Positions 8,854 to 18,074 of a stretch of DNA of 64,000 bases are shown here, one piece after another (positions within the stretch are counted from its first letter, which is position 1; every line of letters starts with the position of its first letter). Below the pieces are notes generated by a model that ran no database searches, had not been told where the DNA came from, and saw nothing but the letters and a program-made list of their open reading frames with translations. The stretch lies in the NCBI GenBank assembly GCA_963695395.1, contig CAVOGK010000012.1, positions 205,372-269,371 of the forward strand, read 5' to 3'. The position numbers and the translations under genes are program-made. The DNA is from an uncultured Thermoleophilia bacterium. Lineage in GTDB: Bacteria > Actinomycetota > Thermoleophilia > UBA2241.

Positions 8854-9576
8854 TCAGGCGCCGGGCCCGCCGGGTCCGCTGACGACGCTGCCGGCGGTCT
8901 CGCCGCCGTCCATGACGAGCACCGAGCCGGTGAAGTAGGCGGCCTCGTCCGAGGCGAGGTAGGCGAAGAGGCCGGCGAGCTCCTCGGGCGTCGCGTGACG
9001 CCCGAGCGGGATGCGGCTGTTCACCTCGGCCAGCATCTCGGGCGTGTACTCGGCCTCCTGCATCGGCGTGAGCACGTAGCCGGGGCAGACCGCGTTGACG
9101 CGGATCGTGGGCGCCCACTCGAGCGCCAGCGACTTGGCGAGCGCGACGAGGCCGGCCTTGGTGGCGTTGTAGTCGGCGTAGTAGCGGTAACCGACCAGGG
9201 CGCTGGTCGAGGCCGTGAAGAGGATGACCCCGCCGCCGCCGAGCAGCATCCTCCGGGCGGCGGCCTGCGCCACCCAGAAGGCGCCCGTCAGGTTGGTAGC
9301 GACGACCTGCTCCCACTGGTCGGCGCCGATGTCGACCGCCGGGCTGCGCATGCTGACCCCGGCGTTGTTGACGAGCACGTCCAGCGAGCCGATCTGCTCG
9401 AAGGCGCGGTCGACCTGCTCGTGGTCGCCGACGTCACAGGGGATGACGTCAGGGCCGGGGCTTCGCGCGAGGATGACCACCTCGCAGCCCTCGTCGCGGA
9501 ACCGCTGCACGGCAGCGGCCCCGATTCCGCTGGTGCCGCCGGTGATGACCACACGTTTGCCGGCCAGACCGTTCAT
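8854..9576 (-). CDS. Short-chain dehydrogenase/reductase (SDR), 3-oxoacyl-ACP reductase-like
   Basis: TGGTSGIG cofactor motif, NNAG, YxxxK (YNATKAG). 240 aa. Confidence 0.9.
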   Translation of the reverse strand: MNGLAGKRVVITGGTSGIGAAAVQRFRDEGCEVVILARSPGPDVIPCDVGDHEQVDRAFEQIGSLDVLVNNAGVSMRSPAVDIGADQWEQVVATNLTGAFWVAQAAARRMLLGGGGVILFTASTSALVGYRYYADYNATKAGLVALAKSLALEWAPTIRVNAVCPGYVLTPMQEAEYTPEMLAEVNSRIPLGRHATPEELAGLFAYLASDEAAYFTGSVLVMDGGETAGSVVSGPGGPGA

Positions 9577-9620
9577 CGTGACCCTCCTCAGCCGTCCGCC
9601 ACTGCCTGTATCCTAACCAC

Positions 9621-10109
9621 ATGGGGACCGCGCCAGACCGCACGCCTTTCATCGGCGTAATCAGCGACACGCACGGCTACTACGACGACCGGCTCGACGA
9701 GCTGCTCGCCGGTGCGGAGCGCATCGTCCACGCCGGCGACATCGGCACGCTCGACGTCCTCCCGCGCCTGCGCGCGCTTGCGCCTGTCACGGCCGTGCTC
9801 GGCAACACCGACCTTCCGTTCTGGGAGGACGACCTCCCCTGGGAGGCGGAGGTCGAGGCACTGGGGCTGCGCATCCTCGTCTGCCACATCGGCAAGAGCC
9901 TCATGGGCCGGCACGACCCGGTCGCCGAGGGGTTCGACCTCGTCGTCAGCGGCCACAGCCACAAGGCCGCCGTGGAGTGGCGCGAGGACACGCTGTTCCT
10001 CAACCCGGGCGCGGCCGGCAAGGCCCGATTCGGGCTGCCGCGCACGTGTGCGCTGGTCACTGCCGGCGCCGACGGCCGTCCAGCGCCGCACATCGTGCCG
10101 CTGGATTGA
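9621..10109 (+). CDS. Metallophosphoesterase (YfcE/MJ0936-like phosphodiesterase)
   Basis: Motifs ISDTHG, HAGDIG, GNTD, SGHSH, NPGAAG. 162 aa. Confidence 0.85.
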   Translation: MGTAPDRTPFIGVISDTHGYYDDRLDELLAGAERIVHAGDIGTLDVLPRLRALAPVTAVLGNTDLPFWEDDLPWEAEVEALGLRILVCHIGKSLMGRHDPVAEGFDLVVSGHSHKAAVEWREDTLFLNPGAAGKARFGLPRTCALVTAGADGRPAPHIVPLD

Positions 10110-10139
10110 GACCGGCCGCGCGGCCGCGGGCGTCGCGGC

Positions 10140-11672
10140 TCAGTGCGCTCGCACCATCTCGTAGGCGAGGAGCGCGCGCGAGCGGGCCTCGCTGTGATCC
10201 ACGATCGGCGCCGGCCAGGTGTCTCCGAGCAGCACTCCGGCGGCGTCGAGGGCGTTCGCCGGCGCCGACCACGGGGCCTGCACGTACTTCGTGGGCAGGC
10301 CGGCGATCTCCGGCGCCCACCGGCGCACATAGGCCCCATCCGGGTCGTAGCGCCGTCCCTGCGTGACCGGGTTGAACACGCGGAAGTACGGCGCCGCGTC
10401 CGCCCCGCAGCCTGCCACCCACTGCCAGCCCAGCGTGTTGTTCGCGAGATCGGCGTCCACGAGCGTGTCCCAGAACCACGCGGCGCCGGCCTGCCAGGGG
10501 AGCAGCAGGTCCTTGACGAGGAACGAGCCTGCCAGCATGCGCGTGCGACCGTGCATCCACCCGGTCGCCCAGAGTTCGCGCAGCGCCGCGTCGACGATCG
10601 GGTACCCCGTGCGGCCGCGCTTCCAGGCCTCGAGCACGGCCGGGTCGTCGCGCCACGGGAAGACGGCGAAACGGTTGTGCAGCGGACGGTCCACGGTGTC
10701 CGGGAACGCCGCGAGCAGGTGGTGGCCGAACTCGCGCCAGCCGAGCTGGCGGAGGAAGGCGCCGGCGGAGAGCCGCAGGCCCGGCGCCTGTTCTTGGTCC
10801 CAGCTCGGCGGTCCGACGGCCGCCTCGAGGTCGAGGCCCGCCTCCGCGAGCGCGCCGTTGACGGCGTGCCACACCTGTCGCGCGGTCACCTCGCCCCAGC
10901 GCAGGTGCGGCGAGAGGCGCGAGCTGCCCTCGAGGTCGGGCCGGTCGCGGTCGGTGGCATACCTACCGAGCGCCCCGTGGAGGAACGCGTCGAGGCGCTC
11001 GTGCGCGCCGCGCTCGCCCGGCCGCCAGACCTCACCGAATCCTGCCGACCAGGGCTGGACGGCCTCGGGCTCGAGCTCCGCCAGTGCCAGGCCGGGGAGC
11101 GAGTGCGGCGCCGCCGGAAGCGTCTCCGGCGCCGGCAGCGGCGCTGGCGGCGCCGGCCCCGCGAGGCGGGCGCGCCAGAACGGCGTGAACACGGTGTACG
11201 GGCGTCCGTCGCGGGTCCGCGTCGCCAGCGGATCGGCGAGCAGGTTGGCCTGGGGGACGACCAGCACGCCGATGCCGCGCGTCCGCAGGTCCGTCTCGAG
11301 CGTCGCGTCATCGACGAGCTCGGCAGGTTCCAGGCCGCTCGCCCACACGACGGCAGCGGCCGCCTCTCGGGCGGCCAGCGCGGCGACGACGGTCGCAGGG
11401 TCGCCGCGCTCGATCACGAGGCGGGAGCCCAGACGTCGCAGGTCGGCGTCGAGCGCCTGGAGCGAGTGCCACAACCACCACTGTGCCGCGCCGCCGGGCG
11501 CCCAGGCGCGGCGATCGCGCGGCTCCCACACGTAGACCGGCAGGAGATCGCCTCCGCGTTCGCGGGCAGCCTCGGCGGCCGCGAGCAGCGCCGGATTGTC
11601 GCCGAGCCGCAGATCGCGGCGCAGCCACAGGATCGTCGGCGGCGCGTCCGTCGTCGGCATGTCGTTCGTCAC
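10140..11672 (-). CDS. phr: Deoxyribodipyrimidine photolyase / cryptochrome family protein
   Basis: N-terminal LWLRRDLRLGDNPAL. FAD-binding region TGYPIVDAALRELWATGWMHGRTRMLAGSFLVKDL...LGWQWVAGCGADAAPYFRVFNP. Confidence 0.9.
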   Translation of the reverse strand: MTNDMPTTDAPPTILWLRRDLRLGDNPALLAAAEAARERGGDLLPVYVWEPRDRRAWAPGGAAQWWLWHSLQALDADLRRLGSRLVIERGDPATVVAALAAREAAAAVVWASGLEPAELVDDATLETDLRTRGIGVLVVPQANLLADPLATRTRDGRPYTVFTPFWRARLAGPAPPAPLPAPETLPAAPHSLPGLALAELEPEAVQPWSAGFGEVWRPGERGAHERLDAFLHGALGRYATDRDRPDLEGSSRLSPHLRWGEVTARQVWHAVNGALAEAGLDLEAAVGPPSWDQEQAPGLRLSAGAFLRQLGWREFGHHLLAAFPDTVDRPLHNRFAVFPWRDDPAVLEAWKRGRTGYPIVDAALRELWATGWMHGRTRMLAGSFLVKDLLLPWQAGAAWFWDTLVDADLANNTLGWQWVAGCGADAAPYFRVFNPVTQGRRYDPDGAYVRRWAPEIAGLPTKYVQAPWSAPANALDAAGVLLGDTWPAPIVDHSEARSRALLAYEMVRAH

Positions 11673-11862
11673 GGCTCCTCGGGTAGTCAGGCGGTGGCAG
11701 GCGCTCCGCCCGGCGGTGGCGCCTCAGGCGCGGCCACACCTCATGCACGGCAGCGCCCCGTCATGATGGAATATGACCGAGGGTCGCCGGCCTCAACCGC
11801 GACGCCGGCGGCGACATCTCGGGCCAGGAGGGAACGTGGTCGGATCGGCCGCTGAGAGCCAC

Positions 11863-12744
11863 ATGACTCCAGAGCATCGGCGCGCCCTTGAACGGTTGCG
11901 CTCCCTCTGGGGGAGGATGGAAGGCCGGACGGTGCTCGTGACTGGGGCGACGCGCGGCATCGGGCTGGAGACCGCGGTGCGGCTGGCGGAGCTGGGGGCG
12001 GACGTGCTCGTGCACGGCCGCGACTCCGACCGCGGCGCGGCCGCACTTGCGGCCGTGCAGGCCGCGTCCGCCCCCGACGTCTCGCCCGATCTCTTCACGG
12101 CCGACCTCAGCCGTGCGGCCGAGGTCAGGCGCCTTGCGGCCGACGTGCGTGCGTCACGCCCGCGCCTGGACGTCCTGGTCGCCAACGCGGGGGTCTTCTC
12201 GTTCGAGCGGCGCGAGACCGTCGATGGCCTGGAGCTCACGTTCGCGGTCAACGTCGTCGCGCCGCTCGTGCTCGCCGGTGCACTGCTGCCGGCGTTGCGA
12301 GCCGCGCATCGTCCGCGCATCGTCGTCCTGAGCTCCGCGTCGCACTGGACCGGCGCGCTCCATTGGGACGATCTCCAGCTCGCCGCACCCGGCGCCTACG
12401 ACGGCATCCGCGCCTACGACCAGTCCAAGCTGGCCGTGCTCATGCTGACGCTGGCTCTCGCCCGGCGCCTCGAGGGGACCGGCGTGACGACGGTCTGCCT
12501 CGATCCCGGGGACGTGGCCACCAGGATGCTGGCGAGCGGGTGGCCGGACCTCCCGGGCATCCCGGTGGAGAGCGGCGCTGTGACCAGCGTCTACCTGGCG
12601 TCGGCGCCGGACGCCGAAGGCGTCTCCGGCGTGTACTTCGAGGGCGGCGCCCCGGTCGTGCCTCTGGCGGCGGCGTGCGACGTGCCGTCGCAGGAGCGCC
12701 TCTGGGGTCTCGTCGAGAGCCTTGCCGGCCCGCTCCGCGTGTAG
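11863..12744 (+). CDS. SDR family oxidoreductase (retinol dehydrogenase-like)
   Basis: VTGATRGIG, NAGV, YDQSK motifs. Start chosen at the ATG at 11863 (the ORF opens at 11773); start is uncertain. Confidence 0.8.
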   Translation: MTPEHRRALERLRSLWGRMEGRTVLVTGATRGIGLETAVRLAELGADVLVHGRDSDRGAAALAAVQAASAPDVSPDLFTADLSRAAEVRRLAADVRASRPRLDVLVANAGVFSFERRETVDGLELTFAVNVVAPLVLAGALLPALRAAHRPRIVVLSSASHWTGALHWDDLQLAAPGAYDGIRAYDQSKLAVLMLTLALARRLEGTGVTTVCLDPGDVATRMLASGWPDLPGIPVESGAVTSVYLASAPDAEGVSGVYFEGGAPVVPLAAACDVPSQERLWGLVESLAGPLRV

Positions 12745-12816
12745 CAGCGGGTATAACGCTCTGGCGGAAGAAGATACCCCCAGCGACCGCGCGGCCCGAG
12801 CCGCGCGCGGAGGGCG

Positions 12817-13077
12817 ATGATGAGCAGGACACCACCGGTGACGGTCTACTCTCTCACCACCTGCGGCTGGAGCCGCAAGGCGAAGGACCATTTCAAGCAG
12901 CGAGGCATCAAGGCGTTCGTCATCGAATACGACAAGGCGAGTCCCGATCTGCAGCAGAAGATCTCCGCCGAGATGCGCAAGGAGGGCGCCGACGGGTTTC
13001 CGTTCGTGCGCATCGGCGGCCGGGTGGTCAAGGGGTACGACCCGGCCACCTACGACAAACTGCTGGGCAAGGCCTGA
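12817..13077 (+). CDS. Glutaredoxin-like small protein with a CxxS (CGWS) active-site variant
   Basis: 86 aa. VTVYSLTTCGWSRKAKDHF...FPFVRIGGRVVKGYDP is a thioredoxin-fold/Grx pattern. GGAGGG RBS. Confidence 0.75.
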   Translation: MMSRTPPVTVYSLTTCGWSRKAKDHFKQRGIKAFVIEYDKASPDLQQKISAEMRKEGADGFPFVRIGGRVVKGYDPATYDKLLGKA

Positions 13078-13113
13078 CAGATGACCTCACGAGCGAACAG
13101 AGGAGGGGCGAGA

Positions 13114-13443
13114 GTGGCCCACCGGGCGATCAACGTCGAGTTGTACACCATGAGCACCTGCCCCTGGAGCAGAAACGCCAAGGCGTGGCTGCACGACAAG
13201 CACGTCGCATTCGAGTACGTGGACTACGATCTCGCCGACCGAGGGATGCAGGCGCACATCCAGGAGGAGATGCGAGCCTGCGGCGCCTCCGCGTTCCCCT
13301 TCGCCAGGTTCGGCGCCGACGACTTCATCATCGGTTACAACCCCGACGCGTATGCGCGCCTGCTCGGACTGCCGAAACACGGAGAGGCGGAGACCGCTGA
13401 CGATGCAACAGCGGAGGCAGCCCACGACGGAGAGGTGGGCTGA
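13114..13443 (+). CDS. Second glutaredoxin-like protein with CxxS (CPWS) and an acidic C-terminal tail; paralogue of the preceding gene
   Basis: VELYTMSTCPWSRNAKAWL...FPFARFGADDFIIGYNP. AGGAGG precedes GTG 13114 (an ATG at 13081 is also in frame). Confidence 0.7.
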   Translation: MAHRAINVELYTMSTCPWSRNAKAWLHDKHVAFEYVDYDLADRGMQAHIQEEMRACGASAFPFARFGADDFIIGYNPDAYARLLGLPKHGEAETADDATAEAAHDGEVG

Positions 13444-13446
13444 GGC

Positions 13447-13523
<77 letters not shown>

Positions 13524-13613
13524 ACGCGGTGACGGATTCTATCTGAACGCGGCCGGTGGCGCTACCGTCCCCCGGCGCTGTTCATCGCTCCCTCAAACGC
13601 ACAGAATCTTTCA

Positions 13614-13643
13614 TTGACAGTCAACCTCGACCGTCAGTAGGGT
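13614..13643 (+). promoter_or_regulatory. Candidate sigma-70-type promoter (TTGACA-18 nt-TAGGGT) for the phosphodiesterase gene
   Basis: Perfect -35 hexamer and a TAnnnT -10 in a locally AT-richer stretch, about 75 nt upstream of ATG 13717. Motif match only. Confidence 0.35.
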
Positions 13644-13716
13644 GCGAGGTGCTAGAGCAGCCCGGAGAGCTAAGCCATGGGCTCCGGGCGCGAACTGTCG
13701 CTGCTAGGGGGAACAC

Positions 13717-15411
13717 ATGACGCTCGCTCGAAAAGGGCTCCTGTTCGTTATCGTGGCGCTTCTCGTCTTACTGGCCGCGGCGGGCTCGGCGCTGGCCCAG
13801 CGGCCGTCCCGCGTCCTCATCGTGGTCATGGACCAGATGAGGCCTGAGTACGCCAAGCAGTACAACATGAAGAACGTCCTGTGGCTGCAGAACCGCGGCG
13901 TCAACTTCCCGAAGGCCTGGGTCGGCCAGATGGCCTCGGAGACCGTGGTCAGCCACAACACCATGGTCAGCGGCCTGTTCCCCAAGCACATGGGCTGGTC
14001 GGACGAGGCGATCCGGAACGTCGGCGGGATGCTGCTGCCGTCTTACAAGGAGGACGCGATCCTCGAGGTCGGTGCTTTGGGCAAGGCGGACTACGAGACG
14101 CTGATCAACGCCAGGGACTACCCCAAGCTCGGTGACTACCTGCACCACAAGTATCCCGACCGCATCGTCGCCAACGTGGGCCAGAAGGGCTATCAGGTCG
14201 AGTCGATGGCCGCTTCGAGCTCCGACATCTGGGTGCGGATGGGCAGCAAGTACAACACCGTCGATCTCGCTGACCCGAGCGTCGTCCCGTGGACGGGCAA
14301 GTACCGCGGGCCGAAGGGCAATCTGCCGGACTACATCGCCAATGACCCGCGCTTCTGCATCAGCTCCGGCAACGTCTCGTCGCCGGCTGTCGGTCCCGAC
14401 GACTACGGCACGAGGGACACGTCGCCCGCGTGGGCGTATCCGGAAGACGGCCGCTACGCGCCCGGTCCGTATGAGGGCCACGAGAGCGGCGACGCCTGGG
14501 TCGCGGATGCCGCCACGGCCATCATGGAGAACGAGGATTGGTCCGGGCTCTTCGTGACCTTCAGCAACATCGACAAGATCGGGCACATGTGGGGTGGCGG
14601 CCCGGTCGACAAGCTGAAGAACTACACGTGGACGCCGGCGGACCTGACCGACATGATCCACATGCCGTGGACCGCCAAGAACGCCGACGAGCAGCTGGGC
14701 AAGGTCATCGCCAAGCTGAAGGAGCTCAACCAGTTCAACGACACCCTGATCGTGCTCACCGCCGACCACGGCGAGACCTACGGCGGCAAGGGCTGGTACG
14801 GCAAGGACGAGTACGACGGCGGCAACGGCAGCTGGTACGCGGGCACGTGGCTCCCTGGCTGGGTGACCGCGGATGAGCCCAACGTGAGCGATGGCCCGGA
14901 TGCCCTGCAGCCGCTCATGGACACCGGCAAGGTGGAGTTCAGCTACCAGTCCACGGCCATCGAGTCATGGCTCAAGATGGACTCTCGCAAGTGGGGCGAC
15001 AGGCTCGCCGTGGCGCGGGTCATGAAGACGCTTCCGGGCGTCATCGCGACCTACGTACGGTCGGGAGATCGCTACGTCCTGGCCTCGGCTGCCAGGTCGA
15101 AGATGACCCGGGCCGAGAGGACGTGGTGGCAGGCGAAGGGCCAGAAGCTCGTCAACACCATGGCGTTCTCCGGAGCCGCCGATGTGGTCGGCCTGCTCGC
15201 GGACCGCACCGTCTACGCCGCCTACGGCGACCACGGTGGGGCGCAGAAGGACGTGCAGCGCATCCCGATGGCGATCTACGCCAAGGGCATCCATCACCAG
15301 GTACGCGGCACGCAGATGCGGCTCGTCGACATCATGCCGACCGTGCTGAAGGCGATGGGCATGCCTCAGATGAAGAAGATGGACGGACGGGCGATCGGCC
15401 TGCCGCTCTGA
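13717..15411 (+). CDS. Secreted alkaline-phosphatase-superfamily enzyme (nucleotide pyrophosphatase/phosphodiesterase-like)
   Basis: Signal peptide (LLFVIVALLVLLAAAGSALAQ). Metal and nucleophile regions VVMDQMRPEY, ASETVVSHNTMVSG, DKIGHMWGG, LTADHGETYG. Confidence 0.85.
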   Translation: MTLARKGLLFVIVALLVLLAAAGSALAQRPSRVLIVVMDQMRPEYAKQYNMKNVLWLQNRGVNFPKAWVGQMASETVVSHNTMVSGLFPKHMGWSDEAIRNVGGMLLPSYKEDAILEVGALGKADYETLINARDYPKLGDYLHHKYPDRIVANVGQKGYQVESMAASSSDIWVRMGSKYNTVDLADPSVVPWTGKYRGPKGNLPDYIANDPRFCISSGNVSSPAVGPDDYGTRDTSPAWAYPEDGRYAPGPYEGHESGDAWVADAATAIMENEDWSGLFVTFSNIDKIGHMWGGGPVDKLKNYTWTPADLTDMIHMPWTAKNADEQLGKVIAKLKELNQFNDTLIVLTADHGETYGGKGWYGKDEYDGGNGSWYAGTWLPGWVTADEPNVSDGPDALQPLMDTGKVEFSYQSTAIESWLKMDSRKWGDRLAVARVMKTLPGVIATYVRSGDRYVLASAARSKMTRAERTWWQAKGQKLVNTMAFSGAADVVGLLADRTVYAAYGDHGGAQKDVQRIPMAIYAKGIHHQVRGTQMRLVDIMPTVLKAMGMPQMKKMDGRAIGLPL

Positions 15412-15434
15412 GTCTCCGGTCAACCTGAGCAAAC

Positions 15435-15472
15435 GAGCGGCCGGGGCGCGCGGGAGCGCGCCCCGGCCGCTC
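15435..15472. terminator. Bidirectional terminator-like hairpin between convergent genes (17-bp perfect stem)
   Basis: gagcggccggggcgcgc-ggga-gcgcgccccggccgctc followed by ttcgt. Lies between the phosphodiesterase (+) and hydE (-) 3' ends. Confidence 0.55.
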
Positions 15473-15592
15473 TTCGTACGCCGTCGGCCGGCGGATCGGC
15501 GGTGGTGGCAGGGAGCGGTGGGGTGCGCCGGCCGGAGGCTCTCTGACGAGGCAGGAGGCCAGACGCGCCGCCAGCGGCGCCCCAGGCGGGCG

Positions 15593-16687
15593 TCAGGTCT
15601 CGCCGCGGCGTCCGGCGCCCGCGCCGACGGTGCGGCCGAGCGACGAGAGCAGCCTCATGATGCTCTCGTTGATGGCCTCGGCCGTCTCGTGCACGGCGGC
15701 CTTCTCGGGGTAGATCTCGTAGCGCTCGCGCTCCTCCGGCGGCGTGAGGTTGGGCATCACCACGTTGGCGCCGCGCTGCAGCCCGTGAGCCCGTCCCGCC
15801 GCCTTGTCGACCAGCGAGAGCGCCGTCGTGGCCGGCAGGTTCGAGTCTGGGCGCGCCAGACGGGTCAGCGCGAGCACCTTGCAGGTCATGAGCTCGCTGT
15901 TGGGCGCCTGGTCCGGCGGCCAGTCGTCCTCGCCCTGCCGCCGCTCGAACTCCTGCCCGAGCGGCGTGGCCGGATGGGGCAGGTACGGGCCGATGCCGAT
16001 CATGTCCATGTCCATGCCGCGGAACAACTCGATGTCGGCGGCGATGCTCGCGTGCGTCTGGCCGGGGATGCCCACCATGATCCCGGTGCCCGCTTCGTAG
16101 CCCAGCTCCTGGAGCCGCCGCAGGATCGCCATCCGGTCGCTCACCCTGCCGGGGAGGTCGGGATGGATGTACCGGTAGAGCGCGTCATCCGACGTCTCGA
16201 AGCGGAGCAGGTACCTGTCCGCGCCGGCCTCGCGCCAGGCGACGAGGTCTTCGTCCGGGCGCTCACCGAGGCTGAGCGTGATCGCCGAGACGGCGGTCTC
16301 GGAGCGGATGCGGCGCAGGACGTCCGCCATCCACTCCCGTTCGATGCCGTAGTCCTCGCCCGCCTGCATGACGAGTGTGCCGTAGCCGAACTCCACGGCC
16401 TTGTGGGCGCAGCCGAGGACGACGTCCGCGCTCACGCGGTAGCGTTCGACGCGGCGGTTGGCGGCGCGGATGCCGCAGTACGTGCAGCCGCGCACGCAGT
16501 AGTTGCTCACCTCGATGAGGCCGCGCAGGTGGACCGCGTCGCCGACGAAGCGGTGGCGCGCCTCGTCCGCCGCGGCCCAGAGCGATTCCAGCCGGACCTC
16601 GTCGGTCTCCCGCAGCCAGTGCTCGATCGACTCGTGCGACAGCGAGTCGGCGACGCCGAGGGGCGGGGGAGAGGGCGCCGCGGTCAT
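15593..16687 (-). CDS. hydE: [FeFe]-hydrogenase H-cluster radical SAM maturase HydE
   Basis: CVRGCTYCG radical-SAM CX3CX2C motif in a biotin-synthase-like protein. Sits in an operon with hydF and hydG. Confidence 0.9.
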   Translation of the reverse strand: MTAAPSPPPLGVADSLSHESIEHWLRETDEVRLESLWAAADEARHRFVGDAVHLRGLIEVSNYCVRGCTYCGIRAANRRVERYRVSADVVLGCAHKAVEFGYGTLVMQAGEDYGIEREWMADVLRRIRSETAVSAITLSLGERPDEDLVAWREAGADRYLLRFETSDDALYRYIHPDLPGRVSDRMAILRRLQELGYEAGTGIMVGIPGQTHASIAADIELFRGMDMDMIGIGPYLPHPATPLGQEFERRQGEDDWPPDQAPNSELMTCKVLALTRLARPDSNLPATTALSLVDKAAGRAHGLQRGANVVMPNLTPPEERERYEIYPEKAAVHETAEAINESIMRLLSSLGRTVGAGAGRRGET

Positions 16688-16753
16688 CGTGCTACGACCG
16701 GGATCCGCGTTGGCGAGAGCGGGGTGCGTCGCATGGCAGGCCGGCTCCGGCGG

Positions 16754-18061
16754 CTAGCAGAGGTCGTCGACGGCGGCGTCTTCGGGCAGGCCGGCGGTCA
16801 CCGGCTCCGCCGGTGCGTGCCCGGCCCGCTGCGCCTGCGCCGCCCGCATCGCCTCGAGGGCGGCCGGGAACGGCTGCAACGCGCGTTCGAAGATGCCGAG
16901 ACTGAAGGCGATGACGAGGCCGTAGTTGGTGATCGGCACGCCCTGCTGCCTGCAGCGCAGGATGCGACCCAGCATCGCCCGCCGGTTGAACGTGCAGGCG
17001 CCGCAGTGGATGACGAGGTCCCAGTCCGAGAGGTCCTCGGGGAAATCGTGCCCCTGCATATGCTCGATGTTCAGCTTGCCGCCCACGTACTGCGTGAGCC
17101 AGCGCGGGATCTTGACGCGGCCGATGTCCTCGGCGATGGGGTGGTGGCTGCACGCCTCCGCGATCAGGATCCGGGCGCCGCTCTTGAGGTCGTCCACGGC
17201 CAGCGTGCCCTCCACCTGGCTCACCAGGTCGCCCTTGAAACGGCTGAAGAGGATGCTGAAGCTCGTCATCGGCACCTCGAGCGGCGTGTCGGCCGCCACC
17301 TTGAGAAACGCCTGCGAGTCTGTGACGACGAGCCTGGGCGGACGGTTGAGGCGCTCGATGGCGTTGCGGAGCTCCCGCTCCTTGACCACCAGCGCCATCG
17401 CATCGCTGTCCATCAGGTCGCGGATGCTCTGCACCTGGGGCAGGATGAGGCGCCCGCGCGGCGCCTCCTTGTCGATCGGGACCACGAGCACGGCGAGATC
17501 GCCGCTGTTCACGAGGTCCCCGAGGATCGACGGATTGTCGATGAAGTCCGGCGGCGCCGCGTCGAGCAGCGCCTGGCGGAAGTCGAGCACGCCGCGGCCT
17601 TCGCTGGCGGTGGTCATCACGGGCGTGATCTTGAGGTCCTGCAGACGCTTGACCGGCGCGGGCTTGCTCAGCAGGTCGCTCTTGTTGAAGACGACCACGA
17701 CGGGGGTCTCGCGCTCGAGGAACTCGTCGAGGATGCCGTCCTCGTACTCGCCCCAGCTGCCGGCTTCGGTCACGAGGACGCCGAGGTCGGTGCGGTCGAA
17801 GACCTGCGTCGTCTTCTTCGCTCGGAGTTCGCCGAGCACGCCGACGTCGTCGATGCCGGCGGTGTCGATGAAGAGCACGGGGCCGAGCGGCAGGAGCTCC
17901 ATCGGCTTCTCGACGGGGTCGGTCGTCGTCCCGGCGAAGTCGCTGACGATGCTGACGTCCTGGCGCGTGATCGCGTTCAGCAGGCTGCTCTTGCCGACGT
18001 TGCGGCGGCCGAAGATGCCGATGTGGAGGCGCATGCCTTTGGGTGCATCCATCAAGCTCAT
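16754..18061 (-). CDS. hydF: [FeFe]-hydrogenase maturation GTPase/scaffold HydF
   Basis: P-loop GRRNVGKSS, DTAG. C-terminal cluster motif EACSHHP...HCGACTFNRR. Confidence 0.9.
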   Translation of the reverse strand: MSLMDAPKGMRLHIGIFGRRNVGKSSLLNAITRQDVSIVSDFAGTTTDPVEKPMELLPLGPVLFIDTAGIDDVGVLGELRAKKTTQVFDRTDLGVLVTEAGSWGEYEDGILDEFLERETPVVVVFNKSDLLSKPAPVKRLQDLKITPVMTTASEGRGVLDFRQALLDAAPPDFIDNPSILGDLVNSGDLAVLVVPIDKEAPRGRLILPQVQSIRDLMDSDAMALVVKERELRNAIERLNRPPRLVVTDSQAFLKVAADTPLEVPMTSFSILFSRFKGDLVSQVEGTLAVDDLKSGARILIAEACSHHPIAEDIGRVKIPRWLTQYVGGKLNIEHMQGHDFPEDLSDWDLVIHCGACTFNRRAMLGRILRCRQQGVPITNYGLVIAFSLGIFERALQPFPAALEAMRAAQAQRAGHAPAEPVTAGLPEDAAVDDLC

Positions 18062-18074
18062 CGTCGCGCTCCCG

